In this document: positions 31,754 through 42,311 of the stretch, in pieces | How the letters are laid out: the number at the start of each line of letters is the position of its first letter | How positions within the stretch are numbered: position 1 is the first letter of the stretch | Origin: Nitrosopumilaceae archaeon | Lineage (GTDB): Archaea > Thermoproteota > Nitrososphaeria > Nitrososphaerales > Nitrosopumilaceae | Length of the DNA: 64,000 bases | Reading direction: 5' to 3' | NCBI GenBank assembly: GCA_965208905.1 | Contig: OZ242365.1 | Coordinates: 1,472,001-1,536,000 of the forward strand | Notes under the pieces: model-generated | Seen by the model: the letters and a program-made list of their open reading frames with translations, nothing else | The model's database searches: none | Told to the model about the DNA's origin: nothing | Position numbers and translations under genes: made by a program

Positions 31754-33199
31754 TTATTCCTCCGGTGGTCTCCAGCGCAGGTCAAGATGCCGCGCGGCCA
31801 TCACCTCGTCCAGCCTTCCGGTGGCCGTGGTGTGAGGGGCGCCGTCGAGCATGTCCGGATTCTGCTCCGCCTCACGCGCTATCGCAGCGAGCGCACCGGC
31901 AAGCCGGTCCAGCGTCTCCTTGCTCTCCGTCTCGGTGGGCTCTATCATTAGGGCCTCTTTTACTATAAGCGGAAAGTATACGGTAGGTGGGTGGAAGCCA
32001 TAGTCGATCATTCTTTTTGCCATGTTCAGGGCACTCTTCTCACCGAACCGCCTTGTGGACACCACAAACTCGTGGGCGCACCGCCGGTCATACGGCACAT
32101 CAAATATATCCCTTATGAGACCCAAAAGGTAGTTTGCATTCAGGAGGGCGGCCTCCGAGACATTCACAATGTCGGATCCCCACGATTTGATATACGCCAA
32201 GGCCCTGAGCATGATTCCAAAGTTTCCATAGAACGAGTGGATCCTGCCGACGCTCTTATCGTAGTTATAGTCTAGATCAAACGTGGGGCCACCATCATGC
32301 CTCACAATCCTCGGCACTGGCAGGTACTCCTCTAGGAATGATCTGACACCCAAGGCGCCGCCACCGGGCCCGCCGCCACCGTGCGGGGTGGAGAAGGTCT
32401 TGTGCAGGTTCAAGTGCATCATGTCAAATCCCTGCTCCGCAGGCTTGCTGATTCCCAGCATCGCGTTCATGTTTGCCCCGTCGCAGTACAGAAGCGTTCC
32501 GTGCTTCCTTGATAGTTCAGTTATCTCCTGAAGGTGCTCCTCGTAGAATCCCAGCGTGTTGGGGTTTGTGATCATCACCACAGCCACGTCGTCCCCTATG
32601 GCCTTCCGGAACCCGTCCAAATCCATGTTACCGCGCTCATCGCTACGTACCGTTACGGTCTGGAACCGGCATGTGGCGGCAGTGGCGGGATTCGTTCCGT
32701 GCGCCGAGTCCGGAATTATTATCCGGGTGCGCCTCTCGCCCATCTCTGCAAAGTATCTCTTGGCGATCATGACCCCCAGCAGCTCCCCCTGAGAGCCGGC
32801 TGCAGGCTGCAGGCTGAATGCATCCATGCCGGTGATCTCCTTTAGGGCCTCCTGCAGATCCCACATGACCTCCAGCGCGCCCTGCGCGTGGGACGGTGGG
32901 GCGTGAGGGTGCATGCCTGCGAATCCGGGGAGCCTGGCCATATCCTCGTTTACGCGCGGGTTGTACTTCATGGTACACGAGCCCAGTGGGTATATGCCGG
33001 TGTCTATTCCATAGTTTTTTCTGGAGAGCTCCGTATAGTGGCGGATCACCTGTATCTCGCTTACATCCGGCAGGGGCAAGTAGTCCCGTTCGGGAAACTG
33101 GTCTTTTATGCCATCTTCATCTGTGCGGATGTGTCCGGTGTTTGCTTGGTCGTAATCAAAGATAAGATTCTCAGGTGTGTCCTGGTCTTGCGCAATCAT
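31754..33199 (-). CDS. gcvPB: Glycine dehydrogenase (decarboxylating) subunit 2
   Basis: YPLGSCTMKYNP, QPAAGSQGE, SAHGTNPA, HLNLHKTFSTPHGGGGPG, MIEPTETE; ATGA overlap with the gcvPA stop. Confidence 0.96.
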   Translation of the reverse strand: MIAQDQDTPENLIFDYDQANTGHIRTDEDGIKDQFPERDYLPLPDVSEIQVIRHYTELSRKNYGIDTGIYPLGSCTMKYNPRVNEDMARLPGFAGMHPHAPPSHAQGALEVMWDLQEALKEITGMDAFSLQPAAGSQGELLGVMIAKRYFAEMGERRTRIIIPDSAHGTNPATAATCRFQTVTVRSDERGNMDLDGFRKAIGDDVAVVMITNPNTLGFYEEHLQEITELSRKHGTLLYCDGANMNAMLGISKPAEQGFDMMHLNLHKTFSTPHGGGGPGGGALGVRSFLEEYLPVPRIVRHDGGPTFDLDYNYDKSVGRIHSFYGNFGIMLRALAYIKSWGSDIVNVSEAALLNANYLLGLIRDIFDVPYDRRCAHEFVVSTRRFGEKSALNMAKRMIDYGFHPPTVYFPLIVKEALMIEPTETESKETLDRLAGALAAIAREAEQNPDMLDGAPHTTATGRLDEVMAARHLDLRWRPPEE

Positions 33200-34452
33200 T
33201 GCATGGATACACCCCTCACATACGTCTCCATGTCTGGTACGGTATTCTTTTCTGTGCAGCATACAAGCAGCCGGTGGTCGTCCACTGCGATTCCGCCCAG
33301 TATGCCGCACCGCTGTAGGCGTTCTAGTATGTCTGTTGCGGACCTTGGTGTCTCTACAAGAAACTCGTTGTAGAACGGACCCGGCGTTATGGTTCGGAAC
33401 CCCCTTGTGTGAAGCATCTGCTGCAGCCGGTGCGCCCGACGGTACGAGGTATGGGCAACCGACCGAAGGCCGGTCCTTCCCAGCAGGGCCAGATATATGG
33501 TTGCAGACAGCGCCAAGAGCGTCTGGTTTGTCGTTATGTTGCTGGTGGCGCGTTCCCGCCTGATGAACTGCTCTCTTGCCTGTAGCGTAAGGACAAATCC
33601 CCGCCTGCCGGACCCGTCTTGAGTAGCGCCCACTATCCTTCCGGGTAGTTTCTTGGTAAGCGTATTCCTGACTGCCATGAATCCCAGACACGGGCCTCCA
33701 AAGCTTTTGGGTATTCCGAACGACTGCCCCTCGCCCGTCACAATGTCCGCCCCTGCCTCTCCGGGGGGACGCATGATGGCCAGTGATGTGGGATCCGATA
33801 TGCAGCTTATGAAGAGAGATCCATTCCGGTGAGCCTTCTCTGCCATGTGTGTGGGATCCTTTATGGAACCATCAAAGGCAGGTACCTGTTGTATGACGCA
33901 TGCCACATCGTCGTTTATGGTATCTGAGATGAAGATGTCGGCTCCCTCACAGTATGTCCTGAGAACCTGAAGGTATGCTGGATTCAATCCCGCATCCACG
34001 AAAACGCCTCTTCTTTTTGTGTATGAGTGGGCCAAGAGTACGGCTTCTGCCAGGGCCGAGGCTCCGTCATACAGTGACGCGTTGGAGACGTCCATTCCGG
34101 TGAGCAGGCATATGTATGATTGGTATTCATATAGAGCCTGCAGCACCCCTTGACTTGCCTCTGCCTGATACGGGGTGTATGCGGTGAGAAATTCCCCCCT
34201 TAGAACTATGTGACTTATGGCAGAGGGGATGTAGTGGTCGTATGAGCCGCCCCCGGCAAAGCACTTGGTCTGTGTGTTCTTTGCTGCAAGCGACTCGATA
34301 TATGATACCACATCCATCTCGCTCATTGGTTCGCCGAGGTCCAGCCTTGCTGCCCGGGGAACCTGATCCGGTACAAGCTCATCAACCGTCCGGCAGTCTA
34401 TTGCGGCGAGCATCTTTGATATGTGCTCACCTGTGTGCGGAATATAGTTCAT
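33196..34452 (-). CDS. gcvPA: Glycine dehydrogenase (decarboxylating) subunit 1
   Basis: EFLTAYTPYQAEASQG, NASLYDG, FGGP.LG, LQAREQFIRRERATSNI. Confidence 0.96.
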   Translation of the reverse strand: MNYIPHTGEHISKMLAAIDCRTVDELVPDQVPRAARLDLGEPMSEMDVVSYIESLAAKNTQTKCFAGGGSYDHYIPSAISHIVLRGEFLTAYTPYQAEASQGVLQALYEYQSYICLLTGMDVSNASLYDGASALAEAVLLAHSYTKRRGVFVDAGLNPAYLQVLRTYCEGADIFISDTINDDVACVIQQVPAFDGSIKDPTHMAEKAHRNGSLFISCISDPTSLAIMRPPGEAGADIVTGEGQSFGIPKSFGGPCLGFMAVRNTLTKKLPGRIVGATQDGSGRRGFVLTLQAREQFIRRERATSNITTNQTLLALSATIYLALLGRTGLRSVAHTSYRRAHRLQQMLHTRGFRTITPGPFYNEFLVETPRSATDILERLQRCGILGGIAVDDHRLLVCCTEKNTVPDMETYVRGVSMQ

Positions 34453-34848
34453 TTATTTCTCAGCGTTCCCAACCGATTCGTCGTACTGATCCCGAGTGAG
34501 CAAAGATTCCAGCTGGGCCGGATTCTCCGGCGCCATCTTTACAATCCACCCGTCCTGATATGGTGACTTGTTGATCAGTTCGGGCTGTGATAGCAGGTTC
34601 TCGTTGACATGTGTAACCCGCCCATCCACCGGACTGTATACATCCGTTGATGTCTTTACGGAGTCTATTATTGCTATGGCATCATTATACCTGTAAGAGA
34701 CACCGACCTCGGGCAGTTCAACAGAGACCACATCTCCGAGCTGATCCTGTGCAAATTCCGTAATTCCCACGATTATGCCGTCGTCTGCTGTGTCCACCCA
34801 TTCGTGCTCCTTGGTGTATCTCCTAGCCAACAGGTCAGATTTGGACAT
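34453..34848 (-). CDS. gcvH: Glycine cleavage system H protein (lipoyl carrier)
   Basis: YTKEHEWV, GITEFAQDQLGDV, IDSVKT lipoyl lysine, INKSPYQDGW. Confidence 0.96.
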   Translation of the reverse strand: MSKSDLLARRYTKEHEWVDTADDGIIVGITEFAQDQLGDVVSVELPEVGVSYRYNDAIAIIDSVKTSTDVYSPVDGRVTHVNENLLSQPELINKSPYQDGWIVKMAPENPAQLESLLTRDQYDESVGNAEK

Positions 34849-34895
34849 CTTCTTTAAAAAGCTATTCGCTCATATTCCGGGATTTATCCTTGTTA

Positions 34896-35600
34896 CTGAC
34901 ATTTAAATACTAATTTTGTATCACATAGTATAAACAAACAACCAGCAAACGACTCCGAAAAGCCTGTTAAAGATCTGCCCCTAGCGAAGTTATTCAAGAT
35001 ATTTCCCGATGAAGAATCCGCCATGAAGTGGTTCGAAGCCAACATATGACCGGATGGCCAAGTATTTCCTCGGTGCGGATACAAGTATACCCACGTCAGC
35101 AAACATAAGGAGATGCTGTACTTCTGCGTCGAGTGCAAGAGGCACTTTAGTGTCAAAAATAGGCACTGTAATGGAGCACTCCAAAATAAGCTACCGGAGA
35201 TGGGCCGTGACCACACACCTGCTTGCAACGCGCCCCAAGGGAATACCCAGCGTACAACTAGGTCGTGATCTAGATATAAAGCAGAGATCTGCCTGGCTAC
35301 AACACAAGTTCAGGGAGTCGCGGAGCACCGTAGCGGGGCCGAACCTAATGTCCGGCCCCGTCTAGATGCATCTGAGAGGATGCGAGAAGAACAAACATAC
35401 AGACAAGAAGTGCAAAAATAAAAAGATTGCCGTTGTGGGCATCAAGGACCGAAAGACTGGAACCGTTAGGGCCATACCCGTGCCGGAGACCGCCGCGGCA
35501 CGCCTCTTGGCATTTATCGAGGCCAATGTAGACCCCAATTCCAAGAAATTCACCGACGAGAACCGGACATACAACGTTAAAAAAGACATAAAGCATATAC
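34896..35600 (+). mobile_element. IS1595-family transposase pseudogene
   Basis: LFKIFPDEESAMKWFE, PRCG..CVECKRHFS zinc ribbon, GTVMEHSKI, KGIPSVQLGRDL, TDEN; internal stops and frameshifts. Confidence 0.85.
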
Positions 35601-36379
35601 TAATGAGTTATCTACCTATGACGTATCGGAGTGTTTTGCGGGATATTTTTGTGAGAGAGTCTGCGCATTTCTTTTATGGTATCATGGTTAATACACTTTG
35701 GTAAGTAGTTTGACACATCAAAAAGGCGCTCAACCACTCGTGTCTGGCGGGGAAATTACATAGGTGTTTGACTGGCTGCTGGTCGCATAGCGGCCCGATG
35801 TGTCTTGGAACTATCACGAGGACGGAAACGACTGCCCGTATTACCGTTCTTCACAAATAGCCATGTCTTTAGGCCTGCCCGTCTTCCGCAACCAGTCCGC
35901 GACAGGCGATGAGGTGGTAATGTCTATCGATTTATTCTGAGTTTTCCATTTTTTTGGCGAGTACTATGCGCATAGAAAGGCGACGGCACTTTGCATGAAT
36001 TAATGATCTACGCTATAGTAATGAGAAACAGCCAGAACATACCGTCATCTGGCAAGTATCGGAAGCACTTGACCGAGGCGGTAGAAGCTGGCATGCAGTC
36101 CTCCTTCTAAACTACCAACCATGATAACCCAAAACATATTTTTACAGAACGTGTTTGTGTATGTCACTGAGATCACTCATCAGAATAGCTCAGGGATGCC
36201 ACCAGCCTGTCTCAACACCCTTCGGAAAGACTTGTTAAAACAATTTCCTAGTGCCGCCAGACACAAAAGTATGCTGGTAGTGTGGTGTTTTAAGGTAGGA
36301 GCATACAGAGTGTTGCAGTAGAAGGCAAAACAAGCAAGGCATCTATGTCAGACAGACAACAAAAAACTGCCTAAAAAGT

Positions 36380-37170
36380 ATGGAAGACTATGCGCAACGA
36401 TAGGTGGACGAGGTGGGCAGAACATATGGAAAGTATTGAGAAGTTCATGCCGATCAGGCAGATGTCTGAACTAACCCACCCGAAGGCCAACAAGCCGCCT
36501 GATACCAGTATACGCGAGGAATCGTAAACGTGTTTAATAAAACACCATCGGATATAGTCTACAGTAGATTTTTGGAGTTAAGATGGGTAGACGGTTGTCC
36601 ACTGGACATCAGCTACTACCTTAGAGGAACAATGTGAGGAAATATGAAGTTGTCTCCACTAAAACCCGAGCATATACTAAATGCTATCGACGAGGCATTT
36701 GCTAACATTGAGCAACCATCAACCTTCAACACGGGAGAGCTCTCGGATTCCCTCATGTATACGGTCCTGATGGAGAAAGTTGTTGACCGGTTGGAACTAC
36801 AAAGCAAGCACAAGGTTGCACTCCTAAGCAAGATGGAAAAGCATAACATTTAGTTCCTGCTAGACAAACCACGAAGGCAGACAATCTGCGCATAAAGTAT
36901 CAACACTGATGTTGTTGCCAAACGATGGGAGAAGGCTGCAGCTACACCTAAGGAGAGAACAAACTGCGCCGAAATGGTCAGCAACATAGGATATGACACA
37001 TGAATAAGACTGGATCCAATCTGTCTCATCTACAGGTGACAAGAACATTATCAAGAGATCATCAACTACCTGTTTTCAAGATTGGAACCGAAAAGAATTA
37101 TTGGGTACGCCGAGAGGGTTATGAAAGACCATCAAGATACTAGGGATGCAAGCGTTGACATGTCCTGATC
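36380..37170 (+). pseudogene. Decayed gene of unknown function (includes ORF 36644-36853)
   Basis: Protein-like fragments broken by stops; no family recognised; limits approximate. Confidence 0.3.
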
Positions 37171-37374
37171 CAACCACTTCTGTGAGGACTCAAGCTGGAG
37201 TCGGAAGATTCAACTTGATCAGAGAAAACGAATCTACAAGTTTTTTATGATAATCTAACAGGAGGTACCCAATATCAAAAATTTCACTGTGTAAAGAGGC
37301 TGCATAATGTGGAGGGTTTTGGGCCTAGATTACAAACCCATGACATGCAATTGCTACAGTTCCGACTTTATGGG

Positions 37375-38334
37375 CTAGGTAAAATCCAATAAATTCGTGG
37401 CCCGGCCATGCATTTGATCCAGCGCCCGCCGTACACGACTTCCATCCAACCGTTCTATCTTGTCCTTTAGTTTTAAGAACGCTTCGTTGTATCTGGAACC
37501 ACCACGCGTTCTTCTGGTATAGTATAACAGATAATATGCGGTTCTACCATGATCTCCACGAATTTTAATATCGTCTCCAATCGGCTTACCCAGAATTTTT
37601 TTCACCTGTTCGGCATACTTCGTTTCTAACGACTTTTCGGCCAGTTCGCGCAGAACCGTCTTTGCATCCTCACCGAAGTATTCCTCTGTAGGTTGTGCTC
37701 TGTTCGGCATGTTTCGCTTTGTTTGACCTACAACACGCGATGCACCCTGCGCATTAACATTGATCAGAAAATCACAATTTTTGAACCGATCACTTATTGC
37801 TTTTAGTGTTTTAAACTTAATTTCCATCCCCTCGGGATCAACGAACACCAGTATAATTGGTTTTTTAAATTTACTTTCGATCTTGTCCAGTACATCTGTA
37901 ATGGCTTTATTAGAGTCATCGTTGATAACCCAAGACTCTACCTGCGGAATCTTTGATATTCTTTCTTTGAGACAGTTGCAACGTTCACGATTCTTCTCTA
38001 TCATTATACCGTAGTCAAACCCCTTTCCACTTTTGGTTGCACATAGCGCCGAACCTGCAACAATATCGCCGGCATCACCTACTTTTACAAGGCCTGCACC
38101 CGCAAACAAGTCTATGTAAACTGTGCCGTCAAATCCTTGTACTTCACGATTGGCGCTTCCAGCCACGCGGGTAAAAACATCAGACATATAATATACCGTA
38201 ATAAGTTTGAGCGCTGTGTGATAATCATACTTGTTTGCAATACCACCATCACTCACTTCTTGGCCGATCTCAGTTATAATTCTTAACTTTTCTTTGATCC
38301 AATCTAACTCACTCTGTGCCCTTGGCAACGTCAC
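37375..38334 (-). CDS. tcmP: Three-Cys-motif partner protein TcmP (SAM-dependent methyltransferase fold)
   Basis: HTALKL, YIDLFAGAG, AGSAL, DSN, LVFVDPEG, DFLIN, YYLLY; located near DUF5131. Confidence 0.85.
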   Translation of the reverse strand: MTLPRAQSELDWIKEKLRIITEIGQEVSDGGIANKYDYHTALKLITVYYMSDVFTRVAGSANREVQGFDGTVYIDLFAGAGLVKVGDAGDIVAGSALCATKSGKGFDYGIMIEKNRERCNCLKERISKIPQVESWVINDDSNKAITDVLDKIESKFKKPIILVFVDPEGMEIKFKTLKAISDRFKNCDFLINVNAQGASRVVGQTKRNMPNRAQPTEEYFGEDAKTVLRELAEKSLETKYAEQVKKILGKPIGDDIKIRGDHGRTAYYLLYYTRRTRGGSRYNEAFLKLKDKIERLDGSRVRRALDQMHGRATNLLDFT

Positions 38335-38419
38335 TTGTTTTTTTATAATCTAATAAATATTTGTGAATTTTATAAGTATTGACTCAGGACCCTCAAAGCG
38401 GGCATCATCATAGTTGCCT

Positions 38420-39490
38420 GTGATGTTAATTCAGCATTAGTATACCACTGCTACCGGCGCGACCAGATCCTAGATCTCCTACTCGGGCGGCGGCTTGAAC
38501 AGCCTCCAGTCCGGATCCCTGATCAAGCACCCCACCGCGGTCCGCGAAAAAATGCCCAGCTTACGGCAGGTACACGCCACTGAGACCAGCACCGAGAAAA
38601 CCTCCCTTCCCTCTATCGTGGGCAGCTGGTAGCGCACGTTCCTGTGCAGGACGGCGGCGTCACGTATCTACAACTCGGCGCCGTTATTGTGGGGCGGTAT
38701 GGCCGGATATCTGAGGAAGGTGAATAGGTGGGGGACGGCCCCCTCCAGTTTGATCCTGAACTTGTGATCCTCCGGGTAGGATGATGCCATCTCCAGGACG
38801 GTCTTCTCCAAGGAGAAGCACTCGGAGCTGCAGACCAGCTCTCTACCCCTGATGGTCCTGTATACGGATAGCAGCCGGCAGTAGCAGGATATGTCAGGTC
38901 CGCCGTTCCTGATGGCGCACTCTTCTGCCTCACGCAGGAAGTGCACCCAACACCTCTGCCGGACGGGCAGCACGTTGTATGTGACGTACCCGTCCGAGAC
39001 TACCGGGACGCCCACCTCTAGCAGGTCCCTGACGGCCTTGCGCGTGTTCCAGATAGCATTCGGAGATATGGTAAACCCGTAGAGCACGTCGAAAAAGTGG
39101 GATATGGTCTAGTCGGTGCACCTCCCCGCATAGTACTCCTTGACGAACTCCCGGATCTCAGGTCCAAACGACATTCCCGGTATGGTAGGCACCGTCGCGG
39201 TGGTGATCGTCCCGCCGCACCTCTTGCAGGACCCCTTTCCCATCACGTACGCGACGCACTTCACGGCCATTGACTTGCCGCCGGCAAAATCATAGACCGT
39301 CTTGACTACCGGCTACAGCTTCCTGAGGTGGTCGCGCCCGCACATGCTGCACCGGTAGACCCACAACACGACCGTCCGATCCGCCTTGTTCTGATGGGAG
39401 GCGCCTATGTGTCTGGTCGGCGGTCCCCTGTGGGATAGCCCATCCTTCATCTACCCTGTCCTTGCCACGAAAGCAGAGTCCCTTATTGAT
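38420..39490 (-). mobile_element. IS66-family transposase pseudogene
   Basis: VSDGYVTY, QRCWVHFLRE, IPPHNNGAE motifs; stops and deletions; limits approximate. Confidence 0.8.
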
Positions 39491-39540
39491 GTCTGCAACC
39501 ACAAGATGTTAATAAGTACTTGAGTATCATAACCTCAAGC

Positions 39541-40353
39541 ATGGCTAATGTGTCTGGTATAGAGTGGACAGAAGCAACTTGGAATCCCACCACAGGTTGC
39601 ACAAAGGTTTCTAGAGGGTGCCAAAACTGCTATGCCGAGGCACTCTCCAAAAGGTTGAGAGCAATGAAGATCAATAAATACAGAAACAACTTCAAATTCA
39701 CACAGCACGAGAACGAGGTTGACCTGCCACTGCGCTGGAAGAAACCAAGAAAAGTATTTGTCAACAGCATGTCGGATCTATTTCATGAAGACGTTGAGAT
39801 GGATTTTGTTGGACGATGCTTCTTTACTATGGTACAGGCGCACTGGCACATCTACCAGATCCTCACCAAACGTCCCGAAAGGATGCATGAGTTCTCCAGA
39901 ACATTTACCGCCTACTCCAATTCACCAATTCCTAATCATATCTGGATGGGTGTGAGTGTGGAGGACAACGATACTGTGTGGAGAATCAGTGAGTTGAAGC
40001 GTGTCAAGTGCTCTGTACGCTTTGTAAGTTTTGAGCCCTTGCTTGAGGATCTGAAAAATGTAGATTTACGAGGAATAGACTGGGCCATCATAGGTGGAGA
40101 GAGTGGTCGACAATACAGGGCAGTAAAGGAAACTTGGGTGCGTAATCTCATTGAGAAGTGTCTTAGTCAGGATGTGAAGGTATTTTTCAAACAGTGGGGT
40201 GGACCTAGGCCCAAGTCCGGCGGCCGTAAGATTAATGGGAGAACATACGACCAATTTCCTGATACAAGAGCAGATCGAGCATCTTGCGTGAAAATTATGG
40301 AGGCACTACAGCATAACTCGTCGTGGTTTGGGGATACTACAGACTATACATAA
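39541..40353 (+). CDS. DUF5131 (phage Gp37/Gp68-like) three-Cys Fe-S protein
   Basis: IEWTEATWNPTTGCTKVSRGCQNCYA, FVNSMSDLFH, LTKRP, SFEPLL, IIGGESG, FFKQWGG. Confidence 0.93.
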   Translation: MANVSGIEWTEATWNPTTGCTKVSRGCQNCYAEALSKRLRAMKINKYRNNFKFTQHENEVDLPLRWKKPRKVFVNSMSDLFHEDVEMDFVGRCFFTMVQAHWHIYQILTKRPERMHEFSRTFTAYSNSPIPNHIWMGVSVEDNDTVWRISELKRVKCSVRFVSFEPLLEDLKNVDLRGIDWAIIGGESGRQYRAVKETWVRNLIEKCLSQDVKVFFKQWGGPRPKSGGRKINGRTYDQFPDTRADRASCVKIMEALQHNSSWFGDTTDYT

Positions 40354-40563
40354 TCGTGGGTGTAGGGGTGGGTCATACTACTATGAGCAATACTAAAATT
40401 TCTTTATTACTAGGGCCCATAGGTGCGTTGATCCTGAGCCCGCAGTAAGCCACTTAGACTGGTTTTGAGAATAGTCAGTTCTAATTGCAGTTACGACACT
40501 GTGTATGTGATTTGCCACACTCCGAGGCAGATATGCGCATCAAATGCGTTCATCTTCTTAATG

Positions 40564-42096
40564 TATAGCGGCGTACATAAGTTTCTGTACATTTTCTAGA
40601 AATAATTCATCCTCCAACACCATAAGAGTCATCGATGTGAAAACCATGTTGGGTTTTTACACTGCATTATGTTGATAGTACGTCTTTCTAAGATATGTGG
40701 CAAAAACATATTGTATAATATTACACGATCTTTATAGCGCGCCGATTGGAAAAGTCAAAAATTTATTTCCCGTACTTGTAGTATGGCAGATGCCAAATTA
40801 TTGCAACAGGTCCGTAGTTCCGAAAAGTCAGGATGTGCTGCACGCAGATTAGGCATGTTGATAGTACTACTCAATATGGGGAATATCTGCAGCAACAGCC
40901 ATCACATATTCCTGTGACAGGCGTACGGTGGCATTGTGGGATGGGAGGGTGCCTCAGAATATAGATGTATTTGGTTATATACGAAGTGCACTTATCGATA
41001 TGCCCCTGTCCAGGCGCCCAACAAAAATACCGCGAAAACTGCTTGCAAAGGCAGAAGCGTGGCGATTGAACAGTGCGTTTACCACGACGGAGCTCTGCAT
41101 TACATGTAAGAGATCTCAGGTGTAAGGCTAAGCCCATCACAGGCAAGACGTTATGCCAAAAAGTGGGGGTATTCGCGCAAAAAGACATCCCCCCGTGCAC
41201 GTGAACAAGGCCACCATACAGGATGTGGAAGGATGGAGAGAAAGTGTTTTCCATATGGTCGCATAATCTAGGTTATGCTATTGCAACTCAGGATGAGTCA
41301 AACTATGCAGGATGCCAACTGTCGGGAAAATACTGGGCAAGGGTTGGATTGCGTATATTTATGTCATACGGTCAGGGGGCCATCAGAAGTTTTCTGTATT
41401 CTGTACCATGATATCAGACGGTAGATACTTCTTCAGCCACCCCAAGACGGCGGACACGACAAGTTTCCTGACACATATAGAGGAGGCGTACAAAATGGTG
41501 GGAAAGATGGTGCTGTTTCTGGACCGGGAGCCCCAGCATACATCTGCCGCGACCAAGGGGTTCTTTGAGAGTCACGATATCATTGTACAGTGGTATCCGG
41601 TGGGACATTCATATCGTAACCCTGTAGAGAAGGTCTGGAGCGTGTTGAAACACGCATTTCTACATTCCGTCCGCTATGCCAATACTGCCACACATTTAAC
41701 ATCAGTGTACAGGTTCATCTGGAACTATAAATGTGACTATTGTTTTTTCAAATACTGGAAACAAGGCCATCAGAGGGAATTATACGACCATTTGTACGGT
41801 CAGGCGGCCCGTTAGACCCGGCAATAGAAAAGTTGCGTGTAAACAGCGCCAAGAAACGCCGCCGTTACAAAAAACGGTAAAATATACAAAACCACGGCTG
41901 TTGCCACATGTCCTATACGGCCTTGAAATGCCGTATATGTAGTCATATAGAAACATGGTAGTGGCGCATAAAAAGTGCAGTACTGGCCACAATCGTATGA
42001 TGTTTTATCAAAATCAGGCGCACAGTCCTGCCAACCTGACCTGTGGGCATACCTAGGCGATTTTCAATTGTGCAGGAACTTTTGCGTGCCGCTATA
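40564..42096 (+). mobile_element. IS630-family element with frameshifted transposase
   Basis: TA-flanked IRs TAGCGGCGTACATAAGTTTCTGTACA / TAGCGGCACGCAAAAGTTCCTGCACA; QDES, LFLDREPQH, NPVEKVW motifs spread over different frames. Confidence 0.85.
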
Positions 42097-42311
42097 TTGC
42101 CCCAGTCTGATGATTTATAGATCAAGTTCAAACAAGCTACTGCATCTGTAGGTGACAAAATTCGGGAATTTCATATGAAACCAATCACCAAGAGTGGCAG
42201 ATCCTGGCAGTTTTGCACCAGTCCAGCCCATCGGAAGCAGATTAGCCCGGTATGGTGGACGCGGCGGTCATCGGCACAGATACGACGTGCATTCGAATAC
42301 AAGCGTGGTCG

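Noticed and set aside
33200-33691. 164-aa N-terminal extension of GcvPB in the ORF track
   Set aside because: It overlaps gcvPA in another frame; the ATGA-coupled start at 33199 gives a normal-length protein
25037-34499. Numerous long antisense or overlapping ORFs in the GC-rich island
   Set aside because: Shadow frames of well-supported genes, expected at high GC; no motifs
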